34,852 bases of DNA from Phycisphaerae bacterium (GTDB lineage: Bacteria > Planctomycetota > Phycisphaerae > UBA1845). The position numbers and the translations under genes were made by a program. This document shows positions 9,345 to 16,570 of the stretch, one piece after another (the stretch's first letter is position 1; each line of letters begins with the position of its first letter). Under the pieces are notes generated by a model. That model saw only the letters and a program-made list of their open reading frames with translations, was not told where the DNA came from and searched no databases. The DNA lies in NCBI GenBank assembly GCA_050050135.1, contig JASFUW010000002.1, positions 1 through 34,852 of the forward strand, read 5' to 3'.

Positions 9345-10378
9345 CGGTCGACCCCCACGACTCCACCGGGTCCGTACTGTTTCTCGTAGTAGGTGAGGTA
9401 CTCGCGGCTCTTGATTCGCTTCCACCAGGATTCGTTGGTCTTGTACCATTCGATCGTTTCGGCGAGTCCGTGGTCGAAGTCGATCCGCGGTTGCCAGCCG
9501 ATCTCTTCGGTGAGCTTCGAGAAGTCCATGGCATATCGGCGATCGTGGCCGGGCCGATCGCGGACGTATTGGATCATCGATTCGTCGTGGTCGAGCACGG
9601 AGAGCATGCGGCGGGCGATCTCGATGTTGGGGCGTTCGCAGTCGCCGCCGATGTTGTAGACGCTCCCCGCGGCGGCGCGCAGAAGGACCTGAAGGATGGC
9701 TTCGCAGTGATCGGTGACGTGGATCCAGTCCCGGACGTTCAACCCGTCACCGTAGAGCGGGACCTTCTTACCTTCTATCAAGTTGGTCGCGAAGAGCGGG
9801 ATCAGCTTCTCGGGAAACTGATAGGGACCGTAGTTGTTCGAGCAGCGGGTGATCACCACGTCCATCCCGAAGGTGGCGTGGTAGGCGGTCACGAGGAGGT
9901 CGGCGGCGGCCTTTGAGGCGGCGTAGGGGCTGTTCGGGGCAAGCGGGGTCCGCTCGGTGAATCGCCCGGTGGGGCCCAGGGACCCGTAGACCTCGTCGGT
10001 GGAGACTTGGAGGAAGCGGGACACGCGGTGCTCGCGGGCCAAATCGAGAAGAATCTGCACCCCCACCACGTTGGTGCGGACGAAGTCCTGGGCTCCGAGG
10101 ATGCTGCGATCAACGTGGCTTTCGGCTGCGAAGTTGACGATTGCGTCGACTCCATCCTGGAACACGGGTGTCAAACTTTCGGCATCGCAGATGTCCGCGC
10201 GAACGAAGCGGCACCTGGCGTCGGCGGCACAGTCTTCAAGGTTTTCGAGGTTGCCGGCATAGGTAAGGGCGTCGAGGGCGACAACGCGAACGCGGTCACG
10301 CTGATCCAAGAGCAACCGGACGAAGTTGCTGCCGATGAAGCCGGCTGCCCCCGTGACGAGGATGGTCGAATCCCGCAT
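9341..10378 (-). CDS. rfbB: dTDP-glucose 4,6-dehydratase
   Basis: The sequence reads MRDSTILVTGAAGFIGSNFV...DALTYAGNLENL...FAAESHVDRS...STDEVYG...PYAASKAAADLLV...RPGHDRRYA. The ATG at 10378 is preferred over the TTG at 10399. Confidence 0.92.
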   Translation of the reverse strand: MRDSTILVTGAAGFIGSNFVRLLLDQRDRVRVVALDALTYAGNLENLEDCAADARCRFVRADICDAESLTPVFQDGVDAIVNFAAESHVDRSILGAQDFVRTNVVGVQILLDLAREHRVSRFLQVSTDEVYGSLGPTGRFTERTPLAPNSPYAASKAAADLLVTAYHATFGMDVVITRCSNNYGPYQFPEKLIPLFATNLIEGKKVPLYGDGLNVRDWIHVTDHCEAILQVLLRAAAGSVYNIGGDCERPNIEIARRMLSVLDHDESMIQYVRDRPGHDRRYAMDFSKLTEEIGWQPRIDFDHGLAETIEWYKTNESWWKRIKSREYLTYYEKQYGPGGVVGVDR

Positions 10379-10779
10379 GTTCGGTTCGTTCACGTGCAAA
10401 GCGCGAATCCTATAACCTGAGTGTTTGTCCAGGCGCGCGCGGCGGCCAAGGTCGCGAAGACTCGATGCGTGGTTTGTCGTGGTCTTTCCAGACTCCGTCC
10501 CCGTCAGTTGCGCACAAAAACTGCGCGTAACCTACTGCAAAAACGATACTTATAGCGAATCCCCGGTCACCGGACACTCGATTCGCCGTTTGAATCGGAT
10601 GCCCGAAAACGCAAGCGTCAATACGCCTGCGCCCCCGTTGTTTGCGTCGTGGAGCGCTCGGCTCCCGCGATCTAGTCAGCCTCGAGGGCGTTGCATCAAG
10701 CCCTGCCGCGTCGTACGACCGCACTCCGGCTTTCGCCTAAGGACTGATCGGTTTTCCTTGGCGCACCTGTGAGCGGATG

Positions 10780-10797
10780 ATCCCGGCGCGCCGGGAT
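10780..10797. repeat. Perfect palindrome aTCCCGGCGCGCCGGGAt (copy 1), followed by TTTTGCGTTT
   Basis: Read directly from the sequence. The 16-bp core is at 10781-10796. The 18-bp palindrome includes the flanking a and t. A T-run follows on the + strand. Confidence 0.9.
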
Positions 10798-11470
10798 TTT
10801 GCGTTTCGGCCCGCCTGGTGGAACCCGCCGCGCGCCCCGGTCGCGGCCGGTGTCCGGTAAGCCCGTCGGTGGCGGTCAACGACGAGACCACTCGACCGCG
10901 CAAGCCCGAGACATCGGGATGGGACGTGAAGTACGATTGCCCATCCGCGCGGGTCCGGCCCGACCTGGGCTGGCGGGACGGGGCGCCGGTCCCGACACCG
11001 GGATCGACCCATAACTCGGTCCGCGCGGTCCACGTTATTCTAGCTCGCCCTATTGGACGTGCAAGCGACGGTTGCTGGCTGCCGAACGAACCGCGGGCGG
11101 GTTCCCTCCGAGGGACTCGTTCGGCGCCCGGCAAGGGCGGGGCACGACGGATGTCTGTCTCCGGAACGCGCCGTTCCGGGTGCCAGCGGTACTCGGACCT
11201 TTCGCGTTCTACCCAAACATCCCGTGTTCACAGCTCACGCATGGGCAGCCCGATAAGTCCACTCCGAGGACGTACCTTATCGCTCCCCGCTGCGGGTTCT
11301 CGGATGTCGGCAGGTTCTTGCATTGACCCCCGCCATAACCCGGATACAGTTAGGTACTGAGTTTGGGCCAACCCGCCCCGTTTGGGGACGGTCATTCGAG
11401 CAGGGTTGGTCTGCGCGAGTTCGGTGGGGGGTGACACCAGTCTTGCGCTCAGTTCGTGCCTTTCCTTGGT

Positions 11471-11486
11471 TCCCGGCGCGCCGGGA
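11471..11486. repeat. Perfect palindrome TCCCGGCGCGCCGGGA (copy 2)
   Basis: Read directly from the sequence. There are 54 nt between it and the ATG at 11541. Confidence 0.9.
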
Positions 11487-11540
11487 GAGCATGGTTTCGG
11501 TGCGTTGTGGACCGAGATTCACCTGGGGTGGGGTCTGCGG

Positions 11541-13487
11541 ATGGACTGGCTGATTCTGGCTGGAAGCGCAGGTGACGAGACGTCGTGGGCGCGTGACGTG
11601 CCGCGACACCTGCTGCCGCTTCCGGGCACGACGCTGCTCGAGTCGTTGCTGGCGCATATGCACTCCGCCTCGTCGGGTGCGGGCACGTGCACGATCTGTG
11701 TCAACGGTCATACGGAGTGGATCACGCCGTGCGCTGAGCGTTTTCAGTCGGCGACGTTCGAGGTCGGTGTCCTGGAAGACAGCCTTCCCCTGGGCACGGC
11801 CGGTTGCCTTAAGAGCTGTCAGGACCGCCTGAACGGCAACACCGTGTTCGTGACGGGCGGTTCCGTATGGTTCGAGGACGATCCGCGATGGATGCTCGAG
11901 CAGCACCGGACACAGGGCAATGCGCTGACCGTGTTTTGCACCGTCGATTCGAACTTGTCGAACGGCAAACAGCGCACGGTGCTCAGCCCCGCGGGCATCT
12001 ACTGTTGCGAACCGGATGTCCTCGACCACATTCCGGAAGTCGGGTATCAGGATCTGAAAGAGCAATTGGTGCCGGCGCTTCGTCATGCCGGGTTGCGTGT
12101 CGGGGCGGTGTCACTTCGCCGGCCGGCTTGCCAGGTATCCGACTGGCGAAGCTATATGCATGTGCTGCATCGGATTCTCTCGACGGGGCAATTTCCGCTA
12201 GGCGGTTATGATGAAATCGCGCCCGGTATCTGGCGTGGTCGGGACGTGAGCATCGCGGAGGATGCGCGGATCGTGGGTCCGGCACTTCTGGGTCATCAGT
12301 CGCGGATCGAGCCCGGGGCGGTTGTAGTCGGTCCTGCCATGTTGGGGGACCGGGCACAGGTCGGCGCGGGATCCTGGCTTATTCGCGTCATCGCCCCGGA
12401 GGACAGCCGCAGCCCCGCGGGCATGTCGTTGACCGACCAATTCGTCCCGGAGCTTCGCCTCGGGGCGTTGCCGCTGGCGGAGGGCCCGGGCACGGGTCCG
12501 TTGAAACCGCGAACGGAGGCACGCTCGCCACACCTGGGTCCTGAGAACCCCAAAGGGTCTCGAGTCGGCAGCCCGGCGGCGGCGAAATGGCTCTCGGTTG
12601 CGGCGATCGTCGCAACTTTTGCGTGGGCGTTTTGGGACACACTCGGGGGACTATGGCACGTGTGGCGGACCGATGGCGATTACAGCGCCGGTCAGATCGT
12701 TCCGTTGGCTGCCGCCTACATGCTCGCAGCCCGACGCAACCGGCTCAAGAGACTGAAACTACGCTTTGCACCGTTGGGACTGGCCATTTTCGGGGCCGGT
12801 TTCGCGATGAATCTTTTCGGTGCGTATTACCTGTACTCATCGCTCGAGAACCTGGGCATGGGCATCTGCCTGAACGGTCTGGTGTTGATGCTAGTCGGTT
12901 GGCGGGGGTACCGTCGCATCTGGTATCCGATGGTCTTTCTGTTTCTGACGCTCCCGCTGCCGCACCGTTTCCATGACCTGATTCTGCTGCCGTTGCAGGG
13001 CATCGGCGCGCGGATTTCAGCGAGCATCCTGGAGATCGTGGGGATACCGGCCGTGCGGGCCGGGCATGTTTTAGAAGTGGCCGGGCACCGTATCGCGGTC
13101 GCAGAGGCGTGCAGCGGACTGCGAATGGCCGTGGCGTTTCTCATCGTGACGGCTGTCTTCGCCTATTTCATCCGGCGTCCGCGGTGGCAGAAAATCATCG
13201 TTGTTCTCTCGAGTCTTCCGATCGCCGTGCTCTGCAACGTGGGTCGGATCGTGGTTGCGGCTTGTCTGTACACCGCGGGGCATGGATGGGCGGCGCGTGG
13301 GGCATTCCACGACATGACCGGGCTGTTGATGGTCCCGGCGGCGTTGGCGTTGGTCTGGCTCGAATTGTGGATATTATCGTGCGTGGTCATGCACACTCCG
13401 AGCGCGCCGAAAGCGGTGACCGCCCTGGTTGACCAGATGGACCGCCGGGTGGCGGGCGCGAAAGGCAGCGCAAACAGCCCGGCGTAG
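11541..13487 (+). CDS. Fusion protein: degenerate NDP-sugar pyrophosphorylase-like domain plus left-handed beta-helix, joined to an exosortase (EpsH/Xrt family)
   Basis: The N-terminal part reads MDWLILAGSAGDETSW...LLPLPGTTLLESL...PLGTAGCLK...VTGGSVWFEDD, followed by hexapeptide repeats IAEDARIVGPALLGHQSRIEPGAVVVGPAMLGDRAQVGAGS. The C-terminal part is polytopic and carries the exosortase signatures AEACSGLRM (Cys 13110-13112), CNVGRIV (Arg 13245-13247) and AFHDMTGLL (His 13308-13310). It is a single frame with no internal stop. The ATG at 11541 is preferred over the track start at 11382. Confidence 0.85.
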   Translation: MDWLILAGSAGDETSWARDVPRHLLPLPGTTLLESLLAHMHSASSGAGTCTICVNGHTEWITPCAERFQSATFEVGVLEDSLPLGTAGCLKSCQDRLNGNTVFVTGGSVWFEDDPRWMLEQHRTQGNALTVFCTVDSNLSNGKQRTVLSPAGIYCCEPDVLDHIPEVGYQDLKEQLVPALRHAGLRVGAVSLRRPACQVSDWRSYMHVLHRILSTGQFPLGGYDEIAPGIWRGRDVSIAEDARIVGPALLGHQSRIEPGAVVVGPAMLGDRAQVGAGSWLIRVIAPEDSRSPAGMSLTDQFVPELRLGALPLAEGPGTGPLKPRTEARSPHLGPENPKGSRVGSPAAAKWLSVAAIVATFAWAFWDTLGGLWHVWRTDGDYSAGQIVPLAAAYMLAARRNRLKRLKLRFAPLGLAIFGAGFAMNLFGAYYLYSSLENLGMGICLNGLVLMLVGWRGYRRIWYPMVFLFLTLPLPHRFHDLILLPLQGIGARISASILEIVGIPAVRAGHVLEVAGHRIAVAEACSGLRMAVAFLIVTAVFAYFIRRPRWQKIIVVLSSLPIAVLCNVGRIVVAACLYTAGHGWAARGAFHDMTGLLMVPAALALVWLELWILSCVVMHTPSAPKAVTALVDQMDRRVAGAKGSANSPA

Positions 13488-13512
13488 AGTTGCCGGGTTT
13501 AGGGGGTCGTCG

Positions 13513-14199
13513 GTGCAACACACAAGAACCAGCCTGATCGGATTGACGGTTGTGATCCTGCTTTTCACGGGGATGACGCAGCGGTGGGTGCGCGTGACAC
13601 GGGCTTCCCAGGCGTCGATGCAGACCCCGTTGCGACAGCCGCTATCGCAGATTCCAGCCAATATCGGAACGTACCGGCTTCGAGGCGAGATTCCGCTGGA
13701 CACCGATGTGCTCCGGGCGGCGAACGTGGACCATTACGTGAACCGGGTATACGAGGACTCGGTCACGGGGCATCAGGTGTTCCTCTACGTCGGGTATTGG
13801 GGGACCGAGGCGGCGGGCATGGGCCATGGTCCGGACGTTTGCTACCCGGCTGTGGGATGGCGATCGGAAGGCGAGCCGAGCGGCCGGGCCGTCAGGTCCG
13901 GGAGCGGGCTCGATCGGTTCGGCGCGACCATCATGCTGCACCGGTTCTCGCACGCAGAACCGGAGGGCATCGCGCGACGGTGCGTCGGATTCGTGGCGGT
14001 GGTCAGCGGCGAGTTTGTCGGCTCGTCACGGGGGATGTTCTGGCACACCCCGCGCAGGGACGGGCACGAGGGCGGACACTACCTGGCGCAGGTTCAGGTG
14101 GCGTCAGCGGTTCCCGACGAGAAGTGGGAGAACGCGGAGTCCGAGATTGTAAGCTTCATGGAGGCGCTTCTGCCGCACACGGCTGAGTGCTTACCATAG
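13513..14199 (+). CDS. epsI: EpsI family exosortase-associated protein
   Basis: It has an N-terminal TM segment (LIGLTVVILLFTG) followed by PANIGTYRL...LDTDVLRAANVDHYVNRVY...VFLYVGYW...GHGPDVCYPAVGW, the EpsI pattern. The GTG at 13513 is preceded by AGGGGG at 13501-13506. Confidence 0.8.
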   Translation: MQHTRTSLIGLTVVILLFTGMTQRWVRVTRASQASMQTPLRQPLSQIPANIGTYRLRGEIPLDTDVLRAANVDHYVNRVYEDSVTGHQVFLYVGYWGTEAAGMGHGPDVCYPAVGWRSEGEPSGRAVRSGSGLDRFGATIMLHRFSHAEPEGIARRCVGFVAVVSGEFVGSSRGMFWHTPRRDGHEGGHYLAQVQVASAVPDEKWENAESEIVSFMEALLPHTAECLP

Positions 14200-14229
14200 G
14201 TGTTTTGGGCGCAACAGCGGCCAGGCGGA

Positions 14230-14245
14230 TCCCGGCGCGGCGGGA
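14230..14245. repeat. One-mismatch copy of the palindrome (TCCCGGCGCGgCGGGA)
   Basis: Read directly from the sequence. There are 16 nt between it and the ATG at 14262. Confidence 0.7.
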
Positions 14246-14261
14246 CGAGTGGGTTGAGTGA

Positions 14262-16439
14262 ATGTCAGAGGTGAAGCCAATAACGGTATCTCCGTATTCG
14301 CCACCGACGAAATTCTCGGGCGTGGAGCGCGAGCCTCCGCATGAGTCGCTGGTGGTGGCGCTTGTCCAACGGTGGCGGGCCGTGCTGCTCGTGGCGCTGG
14401 TGGCGGGGGCCATCTCGGTGCCGGCGGTTTGGTTTACCATACGTCCAGCCTATAAGGTCACGAGCCGGGTGAAGATTGTCCCCGTGGTGCGGCCTATCCT
14501 GTTTTCGGACCAGGATACGGATATTTCACGTCATTACGCGGTCTATGTCGCTACCGAGATGGCCGCGATGACAAGCCCCTCGGTGATCAATGCGGCGCTG
14601 GACCTTCCCGAGATTGCGTCGCTGCCGTGGGTCCGGACGTCGGTCGATCCCGTGTCCGACATCCAAGACGCGCTCTCCGTAGAATCCGTAAAGCGCACCC
14701 AGTTGCTCGCTGTTTCGATGGTCGGGCAACATCCGGAAGACATGGCAAGGATCGTCAACGGCGTGTTGAGCACGTATCTTCGTCGCCATGAGGACCGAAA
14801 GCGTCAGTGGGACGAGACGATCCTCGAGTCGCTTCGCGCCGAAGAGAGCCAGCTCGAGGCGAAGCTGGAAGCCAAGGGCGTTCAGCTCTACCAGACGGCC
14901 GTCGACCGCGGACTGGGGATGGCCCAAGAATCGGGCATGATGCTCGAGACCTGGATGAGCGAAGTCCAAGGGCTGTTGACGCAAGCCAATAAGGAGCGTG
15001 CGCTTGCGGAAGCGAGACTGAAGAGCATCAAGGCCAGTGACGAGGGCCCGGACTCCGCGGGCGTAGAGACGGCCGACCTGCGTGGTCTGCGTGACTTTGT
15101 CGCCACCGACCCGGAACTGAACAGCCTGCAAGGCCAACTCCAGAAGGCGGAGCTGTCGGTGCTGGATGACGACCGCCTGGGTCGAGGCCCGAGCCATCCG
15201 GATGTCACGGGACGCAACGAACTGATCGCGACGTTGCGGGACCGAATCGATGAGCGGCGTGAGGCCGTCGCGGAAGCCTATCGGGCGGAGGAGCGCCGCC
15301 GCCTCGAGTCCGAGATTCGGGAAGCGCAACTCAGCGCCCAGGTCTTTCGGGAGGAACTCGACAAGCTGATGCAACAGCGGGTCGGCGTGGTCGGACAGAA
15401 ATTCGAGGTCGAAAACCTGCTTCACGAACGGGAACAGCTCGAACACGCGTTGAGCCAGGTGCGGCAAAAGATCTGGAACGTCACGGTTGAGCAGCGCCGG
15501 GCTGCTCGCATCACGATCGAGTCGCTCGCGGATGCGCCGAAAGCACCGAACATCGACAACCGGCCGAAGTACTGCGCCGCCGCCGCCCTGATGAGCCTGT
15601 TTTTGGGTCTGGGGGCAGGATTGGTGCGGCATCGTTTGGACACCAGCTTCCGTCACCCCGAGCAGGTGACAGAGCGACTCGGGATGCGTGTGTTGGGTAC
15701 GGTGGCTGACGTCGGACCCGCTCGTCCCGTCGATCTTGTCGTGGATCAGCGTTTCTCGGAGCCGATCCGGGGCATTTCCGCCGCCCTGCTGGCCGATTCG
15801 ACGAAATCGCAACGGGAGTCGGGTCACTCGCGGCTGATCACCAGCCCGACGCGGGGCACGGGTAAGTCGTCGATGTCGATGAACCTCGCGCGAAGCCTGG
15901 CGGCGACGGGCCGGAAGGTGCTGCTGGTCGACGGTGACAACCACGGCCGCGGCGTGACGCGACGGTTGGACCTTTCGGGCAAACAGGGCCTGCGAGAACT
16001 GCTCACGGGGACGGCGACCCCGGACGAGGTGACCTGTTCGGACCCCGGTTCGTCTGGACTTGGCGGGATGCACGTGATCCCGGCGGGGGCACCGGACGGA
16101 CCCGGCATGCCTGGATTCGGTGAGCTGGTCGGTCGTCGCGGCGCGCAGGGGCGGCTGAAAGATCTGTTCAAGTCGTATGACGAGGTGATCGTTGATTCAC
16201 CGCCGGTGCTGGCGAAAAGCGATACGGTCATCCTGGCGACGCTGGTCGACGAGGTGGTCCTGGTTCTGCGCGCCGACCGTTCGACGCGTGAGGAGGCACA
16301 GGACGCTCAACAAGACCTTGCCGCCGTGGGCGCCCGGGTCGTCGGCGTGGTGTTGAACGCGGTCAACCCGAAGAACACACGGCGTGGGTATGGGTACAGT
16401 TACGGGTATACCTACGCCCACACGGAGGACGAAGCGTGA
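14262..16439 (+). CDS. Polysaccharide chain-length determinant (Wzz/GumC-like) fused to a BY-type tyrosine autokinase
   Basis: It has an N-terminal TM segment plus a Wzz-like region and a long coiled coil. It has Walker A SPTRGTGKSS, A' LLVDGDNHGRG, Walker B VIVDSPPVL and a C-terminal Tyr cluster RRGYGYSYGYTYAH. Confidence 0.9.
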   Translation: MSEVKPITVSPYSPPTKFSGVEREPPHESLVVALVQRWRAVLLVALVAGAISVPAVWFTIRPAYKVTSRVKIVPVVRPILFSDQDTDISRHYAVYVATEMAAMTSPSVINAALDLPEIASLPWVRTSVDPVSDIQDALSVESVKRTQLLAVSMVGQHPEDMARIVNGVLSTYLRRHEDRKRQWDETILESLRAEESQLEAKLEAKGVQLYQTAVDRGLGMAQESGMMLETWMSEVQGLLTQANKERALAEARLKSIKASDEGPDSAGVETADLRGLRDFVATDPELNSLQGQLQKAELSVLDDDRLGRGPSHPDVTGRNELIATLRDRIDERREAVAEAYRAEERRRLESEIREAQLSAQVFREELDKLMQQRVGVVGQKFEVENLLHEREQLEHALSQVRQKIWNVTVEQRRAARITIESLADAPKAPNIDNRPKYCAAAALMSLFLGLGAGLVRHRLDTSFRHPEQVTERLGMRVLGTVADVGPARPVDLVVDQRFSEPIRGISAALLADSTKSQRESGHSRLITSPTRGTGKSSMSMNLARSLAATGRKVLLVDGDNHGRGVTRRLDLSGKQGLRELLTGTATPDEVTCSDPGSSGLGGMHVIPAGAPDGPGMPGFGELVGRRGAQGRLKDLFKSYDEVIVDSPPVLAKSDTVILATLVDEVVLVLRADRSTREEAQDAQQDLAAVGARVVGVVLNAVNPKNTRRGYGYSYGYTYAHTEDEA

Positions 16440-16570
16440 AGGCAGGGAGGCGGGGAGGTTTCGATGGCGGCGCTCCGACGGACGTCGGGATTCCGCTGAG
16501 CCAATTACGGGGACGGAGGCCCTCTAGAGACCGGTTTGCAGTAGCTGGAAGCTAGAGGCAAGACGACAGA

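Larger units (their letters stand above)
10379..11540. promoter_or_regulatory. 1.16-kb non-coding divergent control region between the glycan operon (minus) and the exosortase operon (plus)
   Basis: All six-frame ORFs here are Arg/Pro/Gly/Ser-rich junk. The region has a locally AT-richer patch at about 10500-10620 and several GC hairpins (11081-11125 nested; 11161-11179). It also holds two copies of the TCCCGGCGCGCCGGGA palindrome. Confidence 0.55.

Noticed and set aside
10768-10778. An 11-nt identity (TGTGAGCGGAT) to the left half of the E. coli lacO1 operator lies just upstream of palindrome copy 1.
   Set aside because: It is a single half-site with no symmetric partner and no flanking vector-like sequence. 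It is most likely chance, not a LacI-type operator or cloning-vector contamination.
10800-11040. I considered whether the GC-rich structured stretch is a known RNA such as a cobalamin or c-di-GMP riboswitch, RNase P, tmRNA, SRP or tRNA.
   Set aside because: I could not find any of the conserved cores I know, such as the B12 box, GAGGAAAGUCC, a T-loop GGTTCGAATCC or the tmRNA tag region. It therefore remains an unclassified non-coding region, not a called RNA gene.
11382-11540. The track shows a 53-aa N-terminal extension of the exosortase-fusion ORF.
   Set aside because: The extension has non-protein-like composition and would place the 16-bp palindrome inside coding sequence. The nucleotidyltransferase fold begins right at the ATG at 11541.
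14526-16073. A 515-aa minus-strand ORF lies opposite the BY-kinase gene.
   Set aside because: Its composition is Arg/Pro/Gly/His-rich with no motifs, and it lies entirely antisense to a gene with clear Walker motifs. This is the typical shadow ORF of high-GC DNA.
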